DNA of 64,000 nucleotides from Raillietiella orientalis (lineage: Eukaryota). The notes beneath the pieces are model-generated. The model saw nothing but the letters and a program-made list of their open reading frames with translations, did no database searches and was not told the DNA's origin. The stretch is from contig JAYWIR010000091.1 in NCBI GenBank assembly GCA_036172245.1, positions 124,001 to 188,000 of the forward strand. Direction: 5' to 3'. A program made the position numbers and the translations under genes. How positions within the stretch are numbered: the first letter of the stretch is position 1; each line of letters starts with the position of its first letter. This document shows, one piece after another, positions 13,240-24,469 of this stretch.

Positions 13240-16179
13240 TTTCACCCGGTCACGCCAGGGCGTTTCTTCCCAAATACTTTGATTTTGCGGTACGTGGCCC
13301 CGCTATGGCCAATAGTTCTTTAAACCTGCCGGGAAGACGGCTCGCAAGCCGGCTTGACTCTCCTCGGCAGCGGAAAGGGTAGGGGGTTAAAACGAGAAGA
13401 GAAATAAAAGAAATAAACTAAAAGAAACTATGTAGAGGGCCGGGAAGGGATCACAGCCCGCTGGCGGAAGAGACCATCCTTTCGACGATGCCCTCGAGGT
13501 ACCTTCTCATTGTTTCCAGATGGGACCAGCCGATCGCGAATCGCAGGTATCGACCAGCATGTACGATGGGATCCCTGTCGCTGCTTTCTCTGTTGGCTGC
13601 TCTCCACGCGGTCACAATCCCTCGGAGGCAGCAAAGTGCTGCCAGGGCTGAGGCTGGTGTCAGAGCGTGTCGCGGGAAGAGGAGTCTCATAACGTCTCTA
13701 GGGGGTGCTGCCTACCGGCATTGAAAGGTACGTAGCAAAACGTTCCCACAAGGGCCGGAGGGCAACGCAGTCCACTAACAGATGGGGGAGGGATTCCTTC
13801 TCCCCGCACACTGCACAGTTCTGTTCAACATTCTTCCACGTCCAGTGGTGGCGGCGCGCGTTGCAGGGAAAACCTCAGTGCAACAACAACAGCGCCTTTT
13901 TTTGCCACTTTAGGGGGAGGATGGATGAATCAATGAACGACGGGAGCCACTCTTGGTCATCCGTCGGGATGCCAAGCAGCTCGCCTCATCTCCTTAGTCC
14001 ATGCGGGTGAACTCTTGGGGTCGCGGCGTCAGCCAGTTCCCTCATGGTCCATCCACTCAGATACTTCTCCTTGCCCGCTATCTGGCTCGAGGCTTGCCAC
14101 GTCGGCTTTCGTCTGTTTTGAAGCGCCCTTCGTAAGAAAGGCTGTGCCGTGTCCAGTGGGGAAGTCAGCACCCAAGTGCTTCTGGCGGGGCACACGTTCA
14201 TGTTCCGCAGCGTGCGGCGGCTGTGAATGCCGGGACGCAGGCAGTTGCAGGATTCTTCACTGATTTCGTTAAACTTTGCCCAAGTTACAGCTGTTTCTTC
14301 CAGCCATGCGCTGGGGTTGGAGGGGCTGCAGGCCATCCAACCGCTCTTCTTTGCCAGGGGGGCCATGAGTCCCAGATGAAGTCCGCATCTTCTTATTTTC
14401 CGGCCCAGGCACAGAATACAAGACGCGAGTCCTTTAGTCCCGGACACACGTCTGGGGAGACAGCAAACTAGAACGCACCAAGGGGTGCTACACATTTTTG
14501 CAGCGATAGCTAGAGTACGCCACCACAGGCTTGTTTCCATTCGCTCCATCGTCAGTACGCTGAGATTTCCGTCCCGACTTGAAGGGCACAAGTCTTTTAA
14601 AGGCACACGAGGCCTTCCGCCGCCCCAGAGGGCGATACGTAGGAGGTCCTTTGTTCTTTTTTTGAGTTCACGGATACGAAGCATACAAGAAGCAAGGAGA
14701 GAAGAAGGGGGGCCTGGAACGAGTTCCACACCGCGGCCCGTTCCGGCAAGTGAAGCTTCCCTTCCAGGAACGGACCGATCGCTGACTCCACTTTTTGGAG
14801 ACGACCTGACCAGAATTCTGACTTACAGAAGTTCCTCAACGGAAAGCCGAGGTACTTTAAGTACCTGTCAGTGGGGATCCCCAGGCGGATCCTATCACGT
14901 CGTCCTGCCCACGTTGCACCAACCGCAACCAGCGATGACTTCGTCCTGTTCACCTGTAGTCCTGTCCCACGGCTCAACAAGTCGAAGAAATCTTCGACTG
15001 CCAAAGCCGGGGCGGACATGGGCAGCAGGAGCAAAAGATCGTCAGCGTACGCCGACACGCCCGGCGTACCTGTACACGAGCTTGGCAGGGCAGCCATTGT
15101 CACCCTGTATGCTCTTAGCACCAGTTCGAAATAGGTGCTGAAGAGTAGGGGACTCAGGCTGTTGCCCTGCCGGATGCCGCGCCTTACCGGTACGCCGAAC
15201 ACATGCTGTCCTCTGAAAAATATGTTGATGATCGCATTGCGCCAGCGGGTGCGCAGGTAAGCCAATAAAGTGTCCGGGAAGCCCATGCGATCCAGGAGCT
15301 CTAGAAGGAGTTCCTGGTCCACGCAATCGAACGCTTTGTGCAGATCGACTGCGATCGCTAAAGCCCCCTTCCCTTCCCGGCAGTCCCTTGTTCGCCGCGC
15401 TGGCGTTACCAAATTAGGTTTGTCGTCATTTTGTTCTTTTTTCTTCTCTTTTAATTCGTATCGTAGATTGAACCATGTGCTAGCGAAGAACAGGTTCGCT
15501 TCCATGCTTCGCTTGGGAATAGCGTACGTCTGTTCCGGGCTGACGAAGCTGTGAGCTACCTGTCCCAGTCGCGCAGCGCACAGTCCGGCTAGCAGCTTGG
15601 GGTCCGTGTTCACTATCGTGATCGGACGCCAGTTGCTTAATTTCCTGAGGTCTCCTCCCTTAGGGAGGAGCCTCACCATGGCTTACCGAAACGAGGAAGA
15701 AACCTCGCCTTGTTCTCGGATCAGCAATGTCAATTTGAGCACCAGGGGTGTCAGCTCTGCGGCGAAGCACTGAAAGATCTCCAGCAGGCCGTCCTCCCCT
15801 GGCGCCTTACACCTTTTGAGCCTTTTAATCGCGGTGATGATTTCCCCGTTCGTAAAAGGCTCGCCGGGGCTTGCTTTCTCCTCCTCATCTGTGCCCGGGG
15901 CTCCATCTGGAAGCAGGCGCCGCAAAACGTCCCACTCCGCAGGTGCCCTTGGGTAGAGAGAGGATTAAAATCCGCAAACAAGGCGACGTATCGAAGCCGG
16001 CTCCGAGAGTTCCTGGTCGAAATAGTCCAGCACGCTGGGCGGTCCGGTTTGCCATGCTTGACGCTCGGCCCCGGCTTTGTATTCCGCCAAGCGACCGACG
16101 TCAGGGGTCCTTGCGAAAAGACGGGCGTGCAAATACGTCCTTTCGTTGCGAACTGCTAAACTAAATCCCCTTTGGGGAG
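13240..16179 (-). mobile_element. E5: 3' half of family-A element (linker, RT, zinc finger, 3' UTR), probable partner of E11
   Basis: ORF 14597-15679 has LLPKGGDLR..NWRPIT, HKAFD, GIRQG, AYADD, KYLG. Terminal hairpin CGCCCTGGCGTGACCGGGTG at 13262-13243. Confidence 0.9.
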
Positions 16180-18551
16180 AGAGGACGTGCTTTTCCTGCG
16201 CTCCGCCTGCGTGGCAAGGCGAGTGGCTTTTCCTTCAGTGGTTTGTGCGTACACATCGTCGGTGTCCGATGGCAGCGTTGCCAGAGGACACTGCGATGGA
16301 AGTAGGCGTGGAGGAGGCTTGTTCGTCCCCACAGCCCACTGGATCATGGGCATCCGCCCCGGAATCGTCCCCGGCGACGCCGAGGTCATAGAGCGCCATG
16401 GTGGCCGCGCTTAGCGTCGAAGCCATGGCCGAGATGGAAGCCTACAAGAAAGCGGTGAATAAACCCTCGCTAGTCTATGAGGTAGGCAACCTTTTTGATG
16501 GACGGACTGCACGCGCCTTTACGCAGGCGCTGCAGAAGGACAATATCCTCGAACAAGATCTTGACGGCCTCTCCGTCCTCAGCGGCGGGCAGCGGATCGA
16601 GGTGGTATGCAAAGATATCACCTTGGCCCAACGCCTGATCACCGACCCGCTCATCGTTAATAGTTGAAAAATCTTGCCGGTGACGTTGGACCGCTCGGTA
16701 GTGGTTCATCTCACTGGGATCTCCAGTCGCATGACTAGGTCAGCGGTTGGAGATCAGTTGCGAAAGTACGCAGAAGTGCACGCGTTGTGGCCGGAGCCCA
16801 CGAATTTCCAAGGCTACAATAGGCTTTTCGGGGGTCAAGCTGCGGCGCGTATCACCGTAATAGAGGCTGGTGCGCTTCCCCACTAGGTATAGGTCTGCCA
16901 AGAAGCGGTGGACCTCTGGTACGTGGGGAAACCCCAATTTCGTGGCTACTGCAATGCAGTAGGGCATCTACGAGAAAGGTGCCCGAACATTGTGTGCCAA
17001 ATGCGGCGAAAAGGGTCACGTTCGGCGCGTGAGCTTGAAGCGCCCCACCCCGGTGCCCACTGCCGCCAAAAAGGCGCAGGGAAAACGTGGAAAGCTGGTA
17101 GAAAGACCAGCTAGCGAAAATGGCCGTTCCCAACTGCGTGCCTCCCTTCCTCCCGTACAGACGTCAGAGGAAAGAGCTCCCGTGGACGCGGGAATGGAGG
17201 AGGGTTGGCAGCTGGTTCAGGCCAGAAAAGAGAAAAAAAAGAAAGTGATGATAGAAGAAAATTCGGAGAAGAAAACTGCCGGCAACAAGAAAAAAGCCGC
17301 GCCGCTTTCAAAAAAAAAACTCCGCGAATGCTCGGTGGCACTGGAACGCTTAGCCGTTCCTGCCGAGGCCGCCCGCGGCAATGTTCACCAAACAGCTGAT
17401 GCGGATGCGATATATACTCGCGTGGACGAGCCCATTCTACGTTTAGAGGGTGAGACGCGAGCCTCGTTCGCCGACAGCCAGCAAGCCGCGCTCGATAAAG
17501 TCGCGGAGGAGCCCCCGGCAACGGTCGCCGCTAGTGAAGACGCGGCCTTCGAGAAAGCGGCGGAGGAGCTCGCAGCAACGCTCGCCGAGCGCGAAACCCG
17601 TCGCGTAAGGGCGTGCGCAGGCCGGCTCCGACGAAGAAGGCCCCCGCAGGTGAGTGCGACCTGGGGGCCAGAAGCGCATCCTCCTCCTCGGAGGCACCCC
17701 CCAGGAAGTCGGGACGCAAGTCCCAGAATCCCAGGAGGCGCCTCCCCTCCACCAGCGAGGAGGAGAAGCCGGAAGGCAGCTTCAGCGTGGGAATACCAAA
17801 GAGGAAATTCCCACGCCCGGAAGCCGTCAAGTCGGCCATCCCCATGGAGGAGGATGAGCAGGGGGGTGAAGTCCTCCCTGCAGTCGCGGAACCTGAGCAC
17901 CCCGAACCCATGGAGGAGGGCGAACAGGTAGGCGCGACTCCACCTGCGGGTGATCCGGTCGACGCTCAGGCACCGATGAAGGGGGAGGAACAGGTGCCAT
18001 CAGTACCTGTACCCCCTCCCCCTCCACCTAGGGTCCCGCCTTAGCAGGTGGCAGACGCCGCATCGCCGTTTTCCCAGGACTAACACCTGGGCTCGCCAGT
18101 CGCCATCGGATTCGCGCGGCCTGTTGGAATGTCAACGGGCAGCGCGACGACGGCAACAGGCGAGATACAGCCGACATTCTGCGGGAGCTCGACCTGGCTC
18201 CGCTGCAGAAGATCTTCTTGATCTCTGCGGCGGATGTCCAGGAAATCGAGACGATCGCGAAGGGTCGGCTGTACTGGCAATGCGGCTGCCGCATCACCTG
18301 CGGGGTCGCGTTCTTCGTGAGCGCAGTTATCGAAGCTGCCGTGAAGGGCGTGCGGTTTGATGACGACGGTCGGATCGGTCAGCTGATTCTCAGCTGGTCC
18401 GACTCGATCGACCTAATCGTCACAAATGTGTATGGCATCAGCGGCAAACAGGGGTACCGCGACCGCACCACGCTGCTGGAAACCCTGAAGCGCGACTGGC
18501 TGGCGAATACCAATGTGCGGAAGGCTCACCTGAGAGCGGGAGATTTCAATC
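16180..18551 (+). mobile_element. E6 5' part: family-A element (ORF1 16269-18083, EN up to AGDFN), split by E7/E8
   Basis: GGACGTGCTTTT at 16183. ORF1 closely similar to E4. EN ORF 18218-18646 reads ..KAHLRAGDFN and then switches to E7 5' UTR sequence. Confidence 0.9.
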
Positions 18552-18569
18552 GAGTGCGGACGTGTTTTT
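18552..18569 (+). promoter_or_regulatory. Conserved 5'-terminal motif (G)CGGACGTGTTTT, candidate internal promoter element
   Basis: Variants near the 5' end of E2 (6128-), E4 (8249+), E6 (16183+), E7, E8 (24474+), E11 (41736-) and E15 (57956-). Confidence 0.55.
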
Positions 18570-18629
18570 CTTCGCTCTCGTCTCCGTGCTTTCATCCGCT
18601 TCATCTTGGCGTCGTACATTTTGACGACG

Positions 18630-20552
18630 ATGTCGACCCAACTTGAAGCTACTGAAGTTGGAGGAACAGCATCCGGATCTGCAATCGCGGAACCGACGGC
18701 CGCCTCCACTTCGTATTTCTCGCCGATGGAGAGGAGTTTTGCTGACGTTGCTGCCACAGCAGCCATCAAAGGGAAACCACTCGACGAGTCGGAGTTGCGG
18801 GCATACGTAGCCCAAGGCTATAGACCTGCTCTCCGATATAAGGTGAGTGGCTTTCTTTCTGCGCGCGACGGAAATCAGTTCAACGATGAACTGACCCGTG
18901 TTGGCGTGCGGGAGGATGACCTTCTCGCCATTATGCCCGTAAAAGACATGGGCTATTTCAAGGTGCGTTGCAAAGACGCTGCACTTGTGCAACGCTTGCT
19001 GCGCACCCCGTTGTCGATCCGCGGCCAGAAGGTCTTCCCGGCCGCCATGGACGACTCATTTGTGGCGGAGATTTTCGACATCGAGTCGGAAATCTCCGAT
19101 ATTGATATTCGGAACGCGTTGGCGAAATTCGCCACGCTCCATGCGCTGTGGAGGGTGCGTAGCAACCTCAAGGACTTCCCGTCCATACACAGCGGAGTCG
19201 CTGGAGTCCAACTTACAATGCCGGACCGCCGTCTGCTGCCCACCAAATTACAGGTGAAAGACACGGTCGTTCACCTGTGGTTCGTGGGCAAATTAAGAAC
19301 GTGCGAGCAATGCGGGAAGAAGGGGCATTGTTTGGATAAATGCCCCTCTGGAAAATGCCGTTATTGCAAACTATCCGGGCACCAATTGAAAAATTGCCCG
19401 GATCTTTTGCGAAAAAAGGCAGCCGCGAAGCTCCATCCTAGAAAACAAAGCGCGGATAAAAAGAAAAAATCTGCGAAAAACCTGGAGACCCCACGGCAGA
19501 AATTCCGAAATAACGCGAGGCGGAATGTCGCCCCACAGCAGCAGGAAACCTCGCACGCGAAGCCCTGCGCGCCCCCTCTCGCGGCACGGGAGCCGCAAAA
19601 GAAAGGGTGCGGGGAATTCGGGGCAATGGTAAGTCCCCCTAGGCGCAATAGCTGTCACTCGCAAGCACGCCCGGCTCTTTCGGAGTTCGAGCAACCGGCG
19701 GGGACGTCAATCGTCAACGGCGGTAAGGACACTTCCAGTACCGACAGATGCATTCCTTCACCTCCTGCAGTGGCTGAGAAGCCCAAATCGGGTAAGAAGG
19801 GTTGTGCCGTGTCGACTTCGAAAGTCGGCAAAAGAAAATCCGCGTCGCGTTCCAACACCGCGAAAGCGGAGAAAAATCTCTCGCCGTCGCAATCGGAGAG
19901 GAAGCTCTCGACTGGCGCGGATGCCATGCCAACGAAGGGATTAAAATCCCTTCCGAAGGCAGCGTCCAAGACGAGCGTGTCGAAGCCATCCAAAGTGCTC
20001 CCGTCCAAAGACGCGGATGGCTTCAAAGATGGCAATGGAGCACAATCTCCATTTACGGCGCCACGCGAAGTGAGGAACCGTAATGAAGTAAAGAAGACTT
20101 GAGCAAAGGTCCCTCGTGCAGCTGCGCGTGAGCACGCTGAAAACGCGCGCGCCGGGAAAGCAGCCGTCACCAAAAGCGATGCTCTGGTGACGGAAAACGA
20201 CAACAGGACAGCTGTCAATCCAGCAGAACCTGTCACTGCTTCGCGGAAGGCCGAAACCCGATCGAACATGCGCCGGTCGGACTCCGAAATGGATGCCGTT
20301 CCGATCACCGAGACGAGGACAACTCGTTCGAAAGCGTGTGCGCGCCGATCAAAAGTAGCCAGCCAGGCAACTCTAGCCGCGAAGCCACGCAAAGTCTCCA
20401 CGAAACCCCACGGGGATAAGCCTGGCGTGGAGGCATTACATGCATGCAGCACGACAGAGGACGGTGGCGACCGTCCCCTCCAGCCAGTCGTGCTGCTCGC
20501 CGTCTGCTCGCCGGATAAAGCGAGCAAAAAGCCGCCACCTTCCCAGCAGTAA
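18630..20552 (+). pseudogene. E7 ORF1, gag-like nucleic-acid-binding protein with two CCHC knuckles; premature TGA at 20100
   Basis: CEQCGKKGHCLDKC and CRYCKLSGHQLKNC, with a basic low-complexity C-terminal half. E8 has TCA at the equivalent stop codon. Confidence 0.88.
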
Positions 20553-23500
20553 TGCGGGGAATCGCGTCTTCTCGTCGTCTGTCCGTAACGTGTTGGAACG
20601 TGAACGGACTACAGAACGACGACAAGAGGCGATTAGTAGCCAACGCCCTGCGCCCCTTCGACCTCGCGCACCTGCAGGAGATTCACGTAATCTCCGACGA
20701 GAAGGCAACCGAAATCGAGGAGCGCGCAGGCGGAACGCTACATTGACGGTGCGGCGGCGCACACACGTGCGGCGTTGCGTTCCTCGTAAGAGGAAAAATG
20801 GCGGAAGCGGTGCGTAGTGTTCGTTTCGATGACGACGGACGGATAGGCCAGCTTGTCATCAAGTGGTCCGAGTCCATCGATCTCGTCGTTACGAACGTCT
20901 ACGCGTCGGGTGGCTCTCGCTACCTCGAAGAAAGAGTAGCTTTCTTTGGTGAGGTGCAGAGCCACTGGCTCAACAACTGCGGTTTCCAAGTGGCGCACCT
21001 CGTCGCTGGGGACTTCAACGTCCGCCTGCTCTCCGACGATTGGAGCCGCCCGAGGGAGCGCGCGCTGCCCATCCAGATGTGCGCGTCCTTGCACGCCGCC
21101 AACTTGATAGTCAGCGAACCTGAAATGGAAGGATCGCTCGATCATTCCATTTTCCTCGATGAAAACCTGCATTCGCGTGTGGGTAGGAGAGGAAGATTGT
21201 TGACTAGGCTTTCTGACCACAACAGGTTGGAGTTTGAGATTCTTCCGGCAGACAAGGGGCCTCCGTTGCAAAACTGGAGGATGCAGGCGGATTGGCTTAG
21301 CCAACCGGAGGCTGCGGAGCATCTACGTGGATACCTCCGAGGCTTTGCCATTCAAGAACTTGCGGACTGGGACGATCTCAAAAGATCTGTCCGCGAGTTC
21401 TCCTGCCAATTCCCCTTGCATCGGCTTCCACGCGGTTTCGGAGAGGACATGGCCAACAGTAGAGACTTTCAGCAGGCCCGCACGTTTTCGAGACGCGCGG
21501 ATGTCGGGCGTCTCGCAGAGTACAAGGCGAGGGACGAGCGCCAGGTCTGGCATTCCGGAGCAGCAAGCCTGTTGGACGACAAGGGCCAGGAATGTTCGGC
21601 CCCAGCCGAAGTACGCCGCATTGTGAGACGCTACTACACCTCGCTCTACGCGGAATCCCCGACGGAGGATATTCTTTCTGAGATACTCCTGTCTCAGGAT
21701 GCTCGTGTTGTCGGCGAGGAGGAACGCGAACGTCTCGACGAGCCCTTCACGGCGGATGAACCTTCGTCCGCCATCGCTGGGCTGAAGAGACGAAAGGCGC
21801 CAGGCGAATACGGGCTCCCTGCAGAGTTTTATCAGTGCTTTGCAGTGGAGCTCATTCCCTTGATGCTGAAACTCGCGACGCTGATGAGTGAATCCAGGAA
21901 TGTCCCGGATTCCTTCCGCTCAGCGAAGGTGCGTCTCCTGCCGAAAGGCGGAGACTTGCGCCAACTTAACAACTGGCGTCCGATCACCCTTGTGAACTCG
22001 GACGTCAAGTTGTTTTCCAAGCTGTGGGTCGCGCGGTTAGGAAGAATCGCGGAATCTGTGGTGAGCCCGGAACAAACCTACGCGGTTCCGGGACGATCCA
22101 TGGAGGCAAACATCCTTTTCGCGCGTACATGGATGCAGCTGCAGGATGTTGTGGCGCAACAAAGCCAGGCTGCTGCGAAAGTCACTGCCGCAGGCAAAAA
22201 GAACAGGCGCCGACGGCAGGAGGGAACACCAGGTGCCTTGGCGGTCGCGGTCGATCTCCACAAGGCGTTCGACTGCGTAAACCAGAAGCTGCTTCTGGAG
22301 CTTATGGAACGTCTTGGGTTCCCGGCGCAACTCCTGCTGTATTTGCGCGCTGCTGGCGCCACGCGCTAACCTGCATCACTTTTAGCGGCTGCCGCGTGTA
22401 TGGTATTCCCGTCCGTAGGGGTATCCGACAGGGCGACAGCTTAAACCCGTTGCTCTTCAGCATCTTCTTTGAGTTGGTGCTAAGAGCATACAGGCTGACG
22501 CTGTCTCACTTGCCAAGCTCCTGCCCGGGAACGCCTGCCGTGGCCGCCTACGCTGATGACCTGCTTCTTCTGCTCCCCATGTCCACCCAGGCGTCCAGTG
22601 TCGAGGATTTCTTCGACCTGATTCGTCGGGGAGCGGGCGTGAGCGTGAACAGAGAGAAGAGCGTGGTCGTTCCTGTGGGTACGTCGTGGGAGGGGCAGTC
22701 CGACTGGATCCGCCTGGGGATCCCCACGGGCGGGTACTTTAAGTACCTTGGCGTTCCGTTAAGCGCTTTCGGCGCAGCCGAAGCGTGGGCGGACTGTCTT
22801 CAGAAAGCAGAGTTGGCCATCAGCCCGTTCTTTAACGGCAAGTTTACCGTGCAGGAACGGGCGACTATTTGGAACACCTTTGTGGCCCCCCTCCTCCGTC
22901 CCCTGTTTTTTGTTTTGGACCCCCCCTATGCGGCAAAACAGCATGCTAAGCGCCTGCTGAGGAACGCTGTCTGGGGTCCGGCGAGATCCAGGATCCGCCT
23001 TAAAGATTTCTTAGCTCCGCGTCTGGATGCTGGTTTGGGTATCTTGACAATGGAGCGAATCGGACTGCAGGTGCAGTTCCGACTGCTGGCACTGTGTGCC
23101 CAGCTATGGACATCCCCCCTGGGTGTGCCAGCCCGCATTCTCCTGCGGAGATGCGCCGGCAGCGGAGGATTTCTCTCGCTTTTGCCGGGCACTCAATACA
23201 GGAAGCGGGGTTTCGGGTTTCCATTGCGGCAGTTAACCGCACTTCTGGAAGCACACTCGTGTATCTCCTGCCGCCCAATGAACTTTGAAGCTTGGCGGCA
23301 GGAGTCTGTTAAATCCTGGGCGGCGTTCCAAGGAATACGCCCTGAAGATCTTCGCCCCCTGCGCCAATTTTTTCCACGATCCTTGGAAGAAGTACTGCAG
23401 GACGAGGTGAAGTTTTCTACCCTGGCGGCCACGCCTCTTGCCTCAGCGCTGTCTGCCCTCAGGGCAAGAAACGACAGTTACCAACCGGCGAGGTGGGAAG

Positions 23501-24147
23501 TTTCCTGCACGATAGCGGGAAGAACCAAACTCCTTGGCACCTGGAAGACAAGTGAGTAGGCGGACGCCGCCACTCCTCGTGTTACTGCAAAGGGACTCCT
23601 CCGGTGGGCAGAAGAACTTGCTGTCACCCCCGTAGAACTTGTAGTCCCTCCACAGTGTATAAACAGATCGCTGCTCCTTCTTGCTTGGAAACAAGCCGTG
23701 CTGCTTTTCGTTCACTGGGGTTTTCAGTGCAACGAGCGTTGGCATCGTGACTCCGGGGGACTTGCGTCTGCGAACAGCGTTCGGTGCGGATCGATGGAGT
23801 CGATTCCGCACCTACTTCTGGACTGCGGTGTCCTACAAGGACTGTGGTGTAGGCTGGCAACAGCAACAATGCATCCCGTGGACACCGCAAGAGACTTGCT
23901 GCGACGATTCTTCACGCCGAGCGGGCTTTCACTAAGCGCAAGGATTGCAACCATCGGTTGCATACGCGCGATAGTTTCCGTCCACCAGGCGTTCGTAATC
24001 AACGGACAGCACCAAGAGGTAATCAGCAAAGCATCCATCTACATGGGAGCATCCGCTAGATGGCCTCATTTGACAGAGGAGACAAAAAGGAATCTCGCCG
24101 CAATACACCGCCGGTTTACACACCCTCATCAGCGGCCAACCCGGTGA
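20552..24147 (+). pseudogene. E7 ORF2, APE endonuclease-reverse transcriptase-zinc finger (~1200 codons); stops at 20744 and 23557, frameshift ~22349
   Basis: WNVNG, LQE, AGDFN, SDH; KAPG, NWRPITL, HKAFD, QGDS, AYADD, KYLG; xVRCG..HLLLDC. Confidence 0.92.
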
Positions 24148-24469
24148 TCATTGCCCTACCCTCCATATACTAAATTTCTATTTTCTTTTTACACCCGCGT
24201 CCCTATAGGCTCCGGAACATTTTAGGTGCTCATCGTATAAATCCCCGTGAGTACGGAGCCTAACCAAAAACCCGTTACCCTTCGCTCCAGTTTTTGATTT
24301 TTGTTTGTTTCCCCTCATTCCCCCCACGCTGCGAGCGGTTTGTTTACCAGGCCTGCGTGCCGGTCATTTTTCTATGTTCTCTGTCGTTCTCTTGGTTGGG
24401 GACATTGTCCCTGACCAGTTTATTATTATTAATAAAAGGCCGGGCGTGACCTGGTGATAAATTTCAATC

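Larger units (their letters stand above)
18552..24460 (+). mobile_element. E7: full-length (~5.9 kb) family-B L1/Tx1-like element, few disabling mutations
   Basis: 5' GAGTGCGGACGTG, ORF1, TAATG overlap (20550-20554), ORF2, 3' UTR, AATAAA (24431) and hairpin. Flanked by ATTTCAATC on both sides. Confidence 0.95.

Noticed and set aside
19655..20527. Long antisense ORFs (also 19-774, 9006-9881, 25624-26445)
   Set aside because: They are shadow frames opposite low-complexity GC-rich ORF1 coding sequence, with no independent motifs.
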